64,000 bases of DNA from Octopus sinensis (taxonomy: Eukaryota). The notes beneath the pieces are model-generated. The model did no database searches. It worked only from the letters and a program-made list of their open reading frames with translations, and was not told the origin of the DNA. Position numbers and translations under genes: made by a program. The stretch spans positions 9,982,001-10,046,000 of the forward strand of contig NC_042999.1 of assembly GCF_006345805.1 (NCBI RefSeq), written 5' to 3'. Shown piece by piece: positions 14,538 through 27,490 of the stretch (the first letter of the stretch is position 1; each line of letters opens with the position of its first letter).

Positions 14538-14778
14538 TATTTCTTTACTACCCACAAGGGGCTAAACACAGAGGGGACAAACAAGGACAGAAATCGACCC
14601 CAGTGCGTAAATGGTACTAAATTTATCAACCCCAGTGCGTAACTGGTACTTAATTTATCGACCCCGAAAGGATGAAAGGCAAAGTCGACCTCGGCGGAAT
14701 TTGAACTCAGAACGTAACGGCAGACGAAATACGGCTCCGCATTTCGCCCAGCGTGGTAACGTTTCTGCCAGCTCGCCG
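14538..14778 (-). mobile_element. SINE family B (tRNA-like head plus conserved GCCTTTCATCCTTTCGGGGTCGATAAA central domain)
   Basis: Minus strand GGCGAGCTGGCAGAAACGTT...GAGTTCAAATTCC (B box)...GCCTTTCATCCTTTCGGGGTCGATAAATTAAGTACC. The central domain resembles the MetaSINE domain as I recall it. Confidence 0.85.
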
Positions 14779-15883
14779 ACCGAGAGAAACTGCTTGAGAT
14801 GTAGAAGGTGAGGGTCTCGGTTGGATTGCTTCTGATCCGAGATTAAACAACACTGTCTACTAGTACTACTACTACTACTACTACTACTACTGCTACAACT
14901 GCTACTACTACTACTACCTCTAATATTACTGCTGCTACTGCTACTATAACTACTATTACTACAACCATTTCAATTAAACAATAATAAAAATACTAATAAT
15001 AATAATAATAACAATAATAATGGTGATGATACTGATAATAACAATCCTTTCTACTTTTGGCGCAAGGCCAGAAATTTTGGGGGGAGGGGGGCGAGTTCAT
15101 TACATCGACCCCAGTGCGTAACTGGTACTTAATGTATCGACTCCGAAAGTATGAAAGGCAAAGTCGATGCGATTGTCATGGCTGGAATGCCTTCGATGTT
15201 AGGACTCATTGAGCAGGGACGACCGGGTGGTAGAGGGGGGTGGGGAGGTTAAACAATAACAACAATAACGCGACAACTTAACTTTAATAATAAGCGGTGG
15301 GGGGCGGGGAGGGATTTCCTAATAAGAGAGAATCTCTTGTTTAAACGGATCCACACAGATCTACTACGCGCGCGCACTCACGCAGACACTCACTCGCCGT
15401 CGCCACCAGGTCGTCGCCGTCACCGCCTGCGCCGCCTCCTCCTCCACCATCATCCCACTCCCTCCCCTTCCCTTCGCATAAGCACACTCACGCACGCTCC
15501 CTCTTACTCCTCTTCCCCCACTTGCCTCCCACCCTCACTCGCAGCCGCGCGAGCCTGGAATCCTCGCGTCGCTCCAGTTCCCATGAACCGCGCGTGCCAC
15601 TCTTGCTCTCACGCTCGGCAAACTCTTACTTACGCTCACTCACGACGCCCTCCCCCTCCCACCCCTTCCATTCCATTCACTCTACCTCTCCCCTCTTCCC
15701 TCTCTCTCTCTCTCTCTCTCGCTGTCCTTCTCCCTTTCTTTCACCGGCTTTATTACGCACCTGTAGCAATGGAACATGAATTTAATAATAGCCTCTCGCC
15801 TTGTCAACGGCGACACTTGAGCTTTTCGCTGCTCCCCCCTCTCTCTCTCTCTCTCTCTCTCCCTCTCTCTCTCTCCCTCTCTT

Positions 15884-15921
<38 letters not shown>

Positions 15922-16082
15922 CCTCTCTGTCGCTCTCCGTCGGGTTTTGATATATACATACACATAAATACATACATACATGTGCGTGTATGATTATACT
16001 TATAATTATATGTGTGTGCATACACATACATACACATCCACACACACACGCATACACACGTATACAGACGTACACACACACA

Positions 16083-16117
<35 letters not shown>

Positions 16118-16752
16118 GTATGTGTGTGTGTGAATCTGCAAACTTCGTAAGTTTTGGGGCCACGAGGTTCGTGTATAAAACCTTCATCCAAACTCCGGCA
16201 CCAATTTCTTCCTACAGTTCTGGCCTCCGGTTTCTTCTCCCGGACCGCAACCTCCAGACATTACTCACAAACTTAGAATGAACCTTTACACTTAATAATC
16301 CTTTCTACTAAAGGCACAAGGCCTGAAATTTTGTGGAGGCGGGCGGGCGGTTCTAGTCGATTACATAGACCCTAGTGTTTCACTGGTCCTTACTTTATCG
16401 ACCACGATTATCTTAATCTTCCCCTACATATCTGCTGTTTATCATAACTACTTAAAAAACTTAACGACTACACTGGAAGCTGACTGGATGACGATAATCT
16501 AGATGGAGCTCTAACTCATACGGTAGTGGTCGTTAAACCTAACCGTACGCACATCGTGTGTACCGTTGGCGATTTTTTTTCCCTCTGTCTTCCCTTCTCT
16601 GGATCTTTCCTTCTCCTATGTTTCCGACGAAGAGCTCCGCTCGAGACGTTGAACCCTCCTTCTTTCCTTCTTTTCTGAGCGTCCAATAATACTATATTTG
16701 TTCCACGTCCTCGCGTTGTTGTGTTTTTTTTTTTGTGCTTTCTTGTTTGGAT

Positions 16753-16795
<43 letters not shown>

Positions 16796-16878
16796 AAAAT
16801 ATCGTTATTTAAAAATAAAATAACGATTTTATCAAGTGGCCAGCATGGAAAAAATAACCTTCAAAGGTAATTATTATT

Positions 16879-17015
16879 AAAATTATAAATTAGGGTATCT
16901 ACGAGATACCACCATGCTATACCATGATATGGAAAATTAAGGTGGTTTTAGAGTCAGATCATGGCTGCTATTTTCAGCATGGTGGTATCTCGTAGATACC
17001 CTAATTTATAATTTT
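16879..17015. repeat. Perfect 40-bp inverted repeat in a (TA)n-embedded element
   Basis: 16879-16918 is the exact reverse complement of 16976-17015. Confidence 0.9.
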
Positions 17016-17058
17016 ATTTATTATATATATATATATTTATATATCTTCATACACACCA

Positions 17059-17153
<95 letters not shown>

Positions 17154-17221
17154 TATATATACATGATACATACATGCACACATAAACATATCGTTTTTGA
17201 ATCATTTTTATTTTAAAATAA

Positions 17222-17675
17222 CTGGCTGTGTGGTAAGAAGCTTGCTTCCCACATGGTTGTAGGTTCAGTCCCAATGCGTGGCACCTTGGGCAAGTGCTTT
17301 CCCCTATCGCCTTGGGCCGACCAAAGCCTTATGCGGGGATATGGAATGCGAAAACTGAAAGAAGCCCATCGGATATATAAATGTGTGTGTGTGTCTGTGT
17401 GTGTGTGTGTGTGTGTGTCTGTGTGTCTGTGTGTCTGTGTGGTGTGTGTGTGTGTGTGTGTGTGTGTGTGCCTGTGTTTGTCCCCTACCACCGTATCACA
17501 ACCGGTACTAGTTTGGTTATGTCCCCGTAACGTAGCGGTTCGGCAAAAGAGATCGATAGAATGAGTACCAAACATAAAATAAAAGTAGTGGGGTCGATTT
17601 GTTCGACTACACTCCTTGAAGGCGGTGCCCCAGCATGGCCGCAGTCTAATGACTGAAACAAGTCAAAAGATAAAA
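17222..17675 (+). mobile_element. SINE family A
   Basis: Same head, body and tail as 8791-9205, opposite orientation. Confidence 0.85.
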
Positions 17676-18139
17676 GATGCAATCGATGGAATACCCAGCC
17701 TCCCTGGTCAGCTGACTTCTGTGTCTCCGTCCAATAAATGTGTGAAAGGTTTTATTACAGGACTCGACTTAAAAACTTTACCATTTCCGCCTATCCAATG
17801 CTAATTTTTATACATTATTTACTACTATATATTTCGCCGTAATTAAATCATATAATTAAGCTAATTATTAGTTAAATCCATGATTCGATTTTCCGCTGAA
17901 AAAGAAAAAAAACTGTTTCTGCAATCAACTAAAATGGCCATAATTTTGAAAAAAACAAAGAAAAAAGACATTTTTACTATTTCTTCAGTCAAAAGCAATT
18001 TCTGATCAGAACAAAAACTTCCGAGAAAGAAAATTTATTTGTGATTTGGAATGTGATTAAAACATAAGGGTCTTGCAGTTTTATTTTTAAGGGGTGAGCA
18101 ATTATGTACATTATTTACATTATTTACATTATTTACATT

Positions 18140-18367
18140 ACTCTTTTTACTCTTACTCTTTTACTTGTTTCAGTCATTTGACTGCGGCCATGCTGGAGCA
18201 CCGCCTTTAGTTGAGCAAATCGACCCCGGGACTTATTCTTTGTAACCCTGGTACTTATTCTATCGGTCTCTTTTTGCCGAACCGCTAAGTGACCGGGACG
18301 TAAACACATCAGCATCGGTTGTCAAGCAATGCTAGGGGGACAAACACAGACACACAGACACACAAAC

Positions 18368-18398
<31 letters not shown>

Positions 18399-18554
18399 CA
18401 TATATACGACGGGCTTCTTTCAGTTTCCGTCTACCAAATCCACTCACAAGACTTTGGTCGGCCCGAGGCTATAGTAGAAAACACTTGCCCAAGAGGCCAC
18501 GCGGTGGGACTGAACCCGGAACCATGTGGTTGGTTAGCAAGCTACTTACCACAC
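18140..18554 (-). mobile_element. SINE family A, nested in a hammerhead-like repeat
   Basis: Family A sequence interrupting ...TTATTTACATT|TGACGGATATTTG, which is contiguous in the copy at 55900-55935. Confidence 0.85.
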
Positions 18555-18692
18555 ATTTGACGGATATTTGTCCTCATCTTGTTTGTTGTTAATACAATGT
18601 TTTGGCTGATATACCCTCCAGCCTTCATCAGGTGCCTTGAGGAAATTTCGAACCTGGGTTCTCATTTCTAAGGTATTTTTTCGATGTTATTG

Positions 18693-18795
<103 letters not shown>

Positions 18796-19096
18796 CATTA
18801 TTATTATTATTATTATTCAGATCACTGCCTGGAATCGAACTCGGAATCTTGGAGTTAGTAGTAGCCTGCACTCTTAACCAAAGGCATATGGCGTAATGGT
18901 TTCAATTTCTTTTTCTCTTTTTGCGAACGTTTTGGATTTGAGCGAAACCAAATCGCTCTCACTTCCCTCCCCACCCCCACACTCGTTGAAAATCTAAAAA
19001 AAATATGGAATCTATAAAATGTATGGATTCCTCAGTTTAATGATCAATTGTTTACACACACACACTTACATGCATATATTACACACACACACACAT

Positions 19097-19312
19097 ATAT
19101 ATTAGAGGAAATGAGGTACTCAGAAATCCGGATCGTTTTATATTTACAAATATTTATTAGTATTTTACATGTTTTTATACATCATACATCATATATTAAC
19201 GCTTTCGTCCATTCTAGTGGAGTCTTCAAATTGATCAAATTGATCATACTAATAAATATCTGTAAATATAAAACCATCCGGATTTCTGAGTACTTCATTT
19301 CTTCTAATATAT
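19097..19312. repeat. 67-bp inverted repeat (4 mismatches)
   Basis: 19097-19163 versus 19246-19312. Confidence 0.88.
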
Positions 19313-19350
19313 AATACCTGAACATCATCTCCAAACCTTCTAATATATAT

Positions 19351-19751
19351 ACTCTTTACTCTTTACTCTTTTACTTGTTTCAGTCATTTGACTGCGGCCA
19401 TGCTGGAGCACCACCTTTAGTCGAGCAAACTCGACCCCGGGACTTATTCTTTGTAAGCTCAGTACTTATTCTATCGGTCTCTTTTGCCGAACCGCTAAGT
19501 GACGGGGGCATAAACACACCAGCATCGGTTGTCAAGCAATGCTAGGGGAACAAACACAAACACACACATATATATATATACATATATACGACGGGCTTCT
19601 TTCAGTTTCCGTCTACCAAATCCACTCACAAGGCATTGGTCGGCCCGGGGCTATAGCAGAAGACACTTGCCCAAGATGCCACGCAGTGGGACTGAACTCG
19701 GAACCATGTGGTTAGTTAGCAAGCTACTTACCACACAGCCACTCCTGTGCC
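19351..19751 (-). mobile_element. SINE family A
   Basis: Near full-length match to 8791-9205. Confidence 0.9.
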
Positions 19752-19762
19752 TAACATGTGAC

Positions 19763-19905
19763 AGTTGGTTGTCATAATAAAACTCAGGGTTTCGGATGCC
19801 GGGGCTGAAGTCTGCTCCAGCATCACGTCTTAATAACTGATGAGATGCCGGAGCAGGCTTCAGCCCCAGCATCCGAAACTCTGAGTTTAATTATGACAAC
19901 CAACT
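19763..19905 (+). ncRNA. 62-bp inverted repeat containing a minimal type-I hammerhead-ribozyme-like core
   Basis: Arms 19763-19824 and 19844-19905 (5 mismatches); CTGATGA at 19837, stem GATGCCGG/CCAGCATC, GAAA at 19875, short stem III ACTC-T-GAGT, GUU triplet. Confidence 0.5.
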
Positions 19906-19983
19906 AATTGTCAAATATTATATTTATAGATAAATTCTTCTATTTTACATAATATCGAAGTCTCTCTTCGTCTTTTGTTGTCA

Positions 19984-20088
<105 letters not shown>

Positions 20089-20538
20089 TATATATATATG
20101 CTTTTTATAATGCATTTGTTTGTGCGGCCATGCTGGAGCACCGCCTTTAGTTGAACAAATCGACCCCAGGATTTATTCTTTGTAAGCCTAGTACTTATTC
20201 TATCGGTCTCTTTAGCCGAACCGGTAAGTCACAGACACATTAAACACACCAGCATCGGTTGTCAAGCGATGGTGGGGGTACAAGCAGACACACACACACA
20301 CACACACAAATATATATATAATATCATGTATTGTCAGCATACACCTGCAATATAGCTAGGCGTTCCAGCCGCGCCAATCATCTTTGAGGCATAAAGTATC
20401 TAGGAGTACACTGTACAATGTTTCCAAATTTCAAGGCTGTAGGACCTTAATTTTAAGGGATATCGAGATGCTTAAAACAACCTCTTTGATCAAGGATCTG
20501 CTTCTCCTGGGCTGAATTGTGAGACAACTGCAATAACA

Positions 20539-20638
20539 NNNNNNNNNNNNNNNNNNNNNNNNNNNNNNNNNNNNNNNNNNNNNNNNNNNNNNNNNNNNNN
20601 NNNNNNNNNNNNNNNNNNNNNNNNNNNNNNNNNNNNNN
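20539..20638. other. Assembly gap (100 N)
   Basis: Run of n characters. Confidence 1.
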
Positions 20639-20702
20639 AAGTTTGTTGCTCTTTTCTACATATCACTATAAAAACTATAAACATTCCAAGACAGCATTTG
20701 TA

Positions 20703-20733
<31 letters not shown>

Positions 20734-20741
20734 AGAGAGAG

Positions 20742-20777
<36 letters not shown>

Positions 20778-21983
20778 GTGTGTGTCATAGACTAGAATGA
20801 AGAATTGTACATCTTCGAAATTTATTTATTGCAGAATTATATTCATTAGATTCCGATCCGACACGTGTTTCTGCTGCTATACAAGTGTCTTAATGTCCTT
20901 TGATGTAGCATTTATGAGCATTTAGCTGATTCAGTGCATTCATCGTGGTTGTGGTTACTTTTGTAAGAAAATTCAATTCTTTGCGCTGCTTTTGATGATA
21001 AGTTTACAAGAATGAGTGGAAAGGGGGGGGGGGCTAAGTGATCACGTGGTATAACATCAAAATCGAAACATTCCTTTTACGTGTGTTTTTTTTTTAATAA
21101 TTTATATATACATATATATATTTTTATGAAATGTTCAGCTTTTATATACAGATACAAATGTGTAAACTCACACAATTCATAAATCTATAATTATCTTTGT
21201 TATAACGTCCATTTTTTTTCCTTGCTTGCATGGTTCAGACGGAGTTTGTCGAGGCAAATATTCTACAATTGTATGCGTTTTCTGTCGCCAACCTTCCCCT
21301 GTTTCCGAGCAACGTAATGCCCTGACATGTTTTTGCAGCACATTGGAAATTAATAACGTTCATCTACATTCCATAAATTAAGTTTTGTCACAATAAAAAT
21401 AACCTTAGTAGAAACGGTCAGGATCAATCAACGATAAACATACACACACACACACATGTATCTATATGTGTATGTGTATATATATATATATTTCCATATA
21501 TATGTATATATATGTATATATTTATACTGTGTGTCTATATTTACTCTTTAACTTGTTTCAGTCATTTGACTGCGGCCATGCTAGAGCACCGCCTTTAGTC
21601 GAGCAAATCGACCCCAGGACTTATTCTTTGTAAGCCTAGTACTTATTCTATCGGTCTCTTTTTGCCGAACCGCTAGGATACGGCGACGTAAACACACCAG
21701 CATCGGTTGTTTTGCCTCATATTTTTATTCATCATCTTTCTACGAATTTTCTATTAAGTATACGGTGTTTACGGAGTCCCCTGTTACTTATATTTCAAAA
21801 TTGGCATTTATCATCATCACCATCATCATCGTCAGCTCAATTTTGGGCTTTTAATAATATCCTTGATATCTTAAACAATGGCTTCCCGATGCAGACTTCT
21901 TTCTTCCGTAATTATTTTCTTTTCATAAATATATATTAACAAAAATTTCCAACGAAATCTACTTACGGCTTCCAACATACTAC

Positions 21984-22068
<85 letters not shown>

Positions 22069-22635
22069 GTGTATATGTCTGATGTACAAAAATGGCTTCC
22101 AAATTACACAACCATTAGGAGGCGAGTTTGGGGTTTAAATAAATAAATATTATTTGAGATTTACAAAACTTCCGGATACGATTTATTAAATCCTTAATCC
22201 ACCTTCAGATAAGGTTAAAACCGAAACCATTCTCTCCTCCTGTCTCGCAGCTTCCACAGAATTTTCTTTTTTCCTTTCTTTTTTTTTTCCCCATAATTCC
22301 AAAGAAATTCTATTCAAACGGTGCTTTCTAGTTAGTTCTTCTACGATCAAAACATTCGATATAACGGCACCAACCAGGGTCTTGGGCGTTATAGGTCGGT
22401 GTTAATATTCTTCAATGGCAAACTCGCATCCAGATTCACTTAAATTTCAAAAGCTGGTCGTGTGTGTGTGCGTGTAAAAGCCAGCAGATATGTCTCTGTC
22501 GGTTTATATTTATTATTTAAAATCTTTGTATCCTGTTTACGCATCTAGTAAAGGTATCACCTCTTCAGAGTGTGTGTGTGTGTGTGTGTATAATTCATAT
22601 AAATATATATATATATATAAGATAATATATATAAG

Positions 22636-22671
<36 letters not shown>

Positions 22672-22686
22672 ATATAATATAAGAGA

Positions 22687-22720
<34 letters not shown>

Positions 22721-23016
22721 AGATTAATATATAAATTTTGCTCCAACGTTGTACCATTCTATTCTTTTGCCTAGCCACTCAAATGCCAAACCTGTGGGGT
22801 GGGGGGAACACCTTGGGTTCATTCGTGATTTAAAAAAACAAAACAAATACGCCGCAACCATTGTGCTTCTTCAGAATTTCTAAAATATAACATCAAAACC
22901 CATTGTAGATTTAAATATCAACCACAGTTCCATCTCTGATCACTGCTTAGCGCGCAATTCATAATAAATGTTCTGTGTGTTCTCAGCCGTAAATTAAAGA
23001 AGGAACTAACAACAAC

Positions 23017-23061
<45 letters not shown>

Positions 23062-23543
23062 CTCATTACATTGTCTAATAATCAGTCTATTGACATATAA
23101 GGGAAAGAATTTTTTCTTAGATCTCATTGAATTTTATTTATATAAAGATTACGAAGCAATATTTTCCCTTTTTTGTTTGTCCAAATAAAAGTGCCTTAAT
23201 CAGTGGGCGTAACCTTGGGGGTTTACAGACCTGAAGGGGTGGCCGTTTTATATACTTTTATATACGTGTGTTTCCGCTAGTGCAACGTTTGTTGCGTTTT
23301 AGAAAAACTAAGGTCAAAGACCCTCTTTTTACGCCTCAGCCTTCAACCTAAATTCAGGTTACAGTCTTAAACTAATATATTGTTGAATCATGAATTTATT
23401 TTGCGAATTCTGAATTCGGCATTAGTTAAGGGAAAAACAAATAAATCGCCATTTAAAATTCTAAGTTCGTTTTACTGATTTCAAAATCGAAGATTTCATG
23501 AGATAATCGATCTTTTGAAATACGAGAAGAATTTCACAAATAT

Positions 23544-23544
<1 letters not shown>

Positions 23545-23617
<73 letters not shown>

Positions 23618-23683
23618 CTCTCTCTCTTTCATACTTGCTGTCTCACACACAAACACTCTCTCTTTTTGATTACTTACATACAC

Positions 23684-23714
<31 letters not shown>

Positions 23715-23770
23715 GTACGTACGTATGTATACAAATATAAGTAAATATAAATATAAATGAATATATATAC

Positions 23771-23860
<90 letters not shown>

Positions 23861-24025
23861 TATGTATATATATATATATATATATATGCATATATGTATA
23901 TATATGTGCATATATGTATATATATATGCATATATTATATATATATGCATATATGTATATATATATGTATATATTGTGCATATATGTATATATGTATATA
24001 TATGTGCATATATGTATATATATGC
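23545..24025. repeat. (CT)n and (TA)n microsatellites
   Basis: Direct inspection. Confidence 0.9.
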
Positions 24026-24448
24026 AAAAGCATTGTTCATAACATAAAATCTGAAAAGCATTCCACTAAGAAATGCCAAAGTCCCGATAAACATCGGCCG
24101 GCATAATCTTGTCCATGTTCTTCATAATAAGGACACGAGACAAAACAGAAAACGAAAATTTTGTAAAAACCTTTTTTTAGACACACTTTACACACAGTGT
24201 TTATATATAAACGCATTTGCATCCATCTACACAAATGTGCCTGTACAAAAAAATAACTTTATTTCAAAAATCTCTTTTAAAATTTACATTTTTAACGTGT
24301 TATATAATTAAAATAAAATTACTATGAAAAATTAATTTTTTTGTGTCGGTTCAATTAATTTCTTTTATTTTGTCTTTTGTGCGTGCATGCATGCATGTGT
24401 GTCTGTGTGTCAGTATGTGGGGGGTGAGGCGAAGTTTGAGCAGATATA

Positions 24449-24680
24449 TATTTCTTTATTACCCACAAGGGGCTAAACACAGAGGGGACAAACAAGGACA
24501 GACAAACGGATTAAGTCGATTCCATCGACCCCAGTGCGTAACTGGTACTTAATTAATCGACCCCGAAAGGATGAAAGGCAAAGTCGACCCCGGCGGAATT
24601 TGAACTCAGAACGTAACGGCAGACGAAATACGGCTACGCATTTCGCCCGGCGTGCTAACGTTTCTGCCAGCTCGCCGCCT
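24449..24680 (-). mobile_element. SINE family B
   Basis: Near-consensus copy; sisters at 26488-26721, 31357-31589 and 40610-40843 (all minus). Confidence 0.9.
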
Positions 24681-24728
24681 TCGAGTTTGAGTAGATATAA
24701 GTAAGTTTGTGTGTGTATCCGTGAAAGC

Positions 24729-24809
<81 letters not shown>

Positions 24810-25471
24810 CAGCGCTAAAAAACTACTGTCGCGAAAATCCAGTCAGCCGTGCTAAAATAATCAGAGCCCAAAAGGCTGCGCCGAAGCGTCTCATTCAGTT
24901 ACTTTTGATGTTACCAGAAGATGGAGTCAATTACTTGACGATTCCTAAAGAGAGGGATCCATCAATGGGTGACCAGCGCTGTTGGATCTCAGACGAAGTT
25001 ACGTTCAGTCCTTTAAACACACGAAACCTTGCGTCTAATTTTTCTGCGACAAATACGAAAGTTAAATGAACTGACCTTACAAAGATTTGAACCAGCATTA
25101 CGTGCTTCGAATCCCGGTAGAATGAGAACATACACACGCTTAGATCCATACGCACGCAAATTTGGTTGACAATGGATCTCCGTCGTTCGGCAATTAGGAT
25201 TCAGGTATTCAAACAACTACCTCTAAGGTAAGGTAAGGTTACGGTGGCCGAGTATACCACTGAACACTCATCTTAATTTCCATGCAAAATCAGCAAAGTC
25301 CTTCCTTCTACAATGACAACAATAATTCTACTTGGTGAGATTCCTACAGTTTCCGTCGAGCCACTTCCTTTCACATTTGCCAAGGCGTCACTCAGTGGCG
25401 CCTTACACAAATGCCATTTTCTCAGCGATACTACGTCTATATATCAATTTATGTGTGTATGTGTGAGTGTG

Positions 25472-25509
<38 letters not shown>

Positions 25510-25689
25510 CATAATTCATATATATATATATATATATAATTATATATATATATATATATATAATATATATATATATTATATATATATATATATAATATTA
25601 TATATATATATATATATACAGTTGAAATTTATAGAAATGCAAAAGATGCTAAGACAGGCGTATGAACAACAAGCAAGTGTATTAGTTTG

Positions 25690-26000
25690 ACGCCATCATT
25701 CTTCTCTTCTCCACATCCGTTAGGTCCCCACCTCGAATACTGCTGTCCATTGTGGTCTTCCTACAAAAAAATACAAGACACAACGAGGATCGAAGTGCCA
25801 CAAAGATCGATCACTAAAAAAATATGGCATGATGGAACTTCATTATTGGTCTCGACTTAAACAGCTGAAGCTCTATTCTCTGCAACGCCGCCGTGAGCGA
25901 TACATTATTTGCACCATGTGGGAAATATTCCACTAATATTATTCAAATGATATCGGTGTTATGTTTACAATTCACCCTAGATATGGCCCCCGTGCAATGC
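25690..26000 (+). mobile_element. Degenerate CR1-like LINE fragment
   Basis: Translates as PHLEYCCPLWS...RLKQLKLYSLQRRRERYII, typical of the CR1-clade RT C-terminus. Confidence 0.7.
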
Positions 26001-26487
26001 GTCCCCTACAAAGGTCGGGATTGGTTTCGGCCATTATCAGCCCAGGCCGTGACTAACTCAGTAGCACCACCTGGAAAAAACTTTTAGTTAATTATTTCGG
26101 GACACCATGGACCACTCGAGCAGAGAGTTGTTGTTGGTTGAGATGTATCCAGGTACAGGTGGGTGTATTCGGTAGTTCCTGGTGGAATTTACTCAGGTAC
26201 CGTTTGAAAGTTGTGGGGTCTTTTTCTACTATAATTTCTTTCGGGATAACATTGAAAAGAGCAGGACCATTTGCAGGGAAGAAATTGTTTCCGCCAAGTT
26301 TTTAGACTCATAAATTGAATATTAAACAAATATAATTGAAATGAGTCCGTTTGCGCATGCGCACGATGGAAATACAAAAGAATAACTTTGGTCTAGCTGT
26401 TCGGTTTCCTCCGCAAGAAAACTTAATGCGTCCAAGTGGGGCTTGGGTGTGTGCTACCCTTCCTTCTGTGAGGGAGATGGACAAAGT

Positions 26488-26721
26488 ACCTATTTCTTTA
26501 CTACCCACAAGGGGCTAAACACAGAGGGGACAAACAAGAACAGACAAACAGATTAAGTCGATTACATCGCCCCCAGTGCGTAACTGGTATTTATTTAATC
26601 GACCCCGAAAGGATGAAAGGCAAAATCGACCTCGGCGGAACTTAAACTCAGAACGTAGCGGCTGACGAAATACGGCTACGCATTTCGCCCGACGTGCTAA
26701 CGTTTCTGCCAGCTCGCCGCC
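26488..26721 (-). mobile_element. SINE family B
   Basis: Matches 24449-24680. Confidence 0.9.
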
Positions 26722-27229
26722 CTGATGGCCAAAATACCACGCTGGGTGGAATTCGCCATTCGTTAGCGTATCTTTGCGTATTCATTTACTATTATTGTCA
26801 CAACAATTGACCAGAGATGTTAGAAAAAAGAAAATAAAACATCCAACATGGCATCTATTTGTCAGTTATTTGTAACGAAAGTCAATTTAGATGAAATGCA
26901 ACAGTTGCGACAGAAGATGGTTGCAGCATTGTGGTGTCGGTGACAAGAATACAACGGAAGGTTTATTACAATGGAAATTAATGATGAATTGATTCTTTCT
27001 ATATTTCGGGTAAATAAACCCATCAACAGAAGGAAGAAGAAAAAAAGAGGCAATTAACGAATTTTTTTTTCTTTAGAGGTGTTGATTCACCTGAATTTTA
27101 TCAGGAATTAATAAGGTATTGATTCTCTCTTCACACCGTAAGAAGTTTCCGGCAACATTTCGGCCTTGTTTACTTAAAAACTGATCTCGGGATTAGTCAA
27201 AGGTCTGACAACAACAAACTCAGTCTCGT

Positions 27230-27490
27230 AATGATGATGATGATGATGATGATGATGGCGACGAGGATGGTGGCGGTGATGGCGATAATGTGGCGACTAC
27301 GATAATAATAATGATGACAACGATGATGATGATGGCGATGATGACGACGGCTATGACAACAATGCTGTTGCTGATGATGATGACGACGATGGTGATGATG
27401 ACCATGAGGAAGATAATGCGAATAATGATGATGATAATGATGATAATTAGGATGATGATGATGATGATGATGATGACAACGGCGACGAAG
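27230..27490. repeat. (GAT)n compound trinucleotide repeat
   Basis: Direct inspection. Confidence 0.9.
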
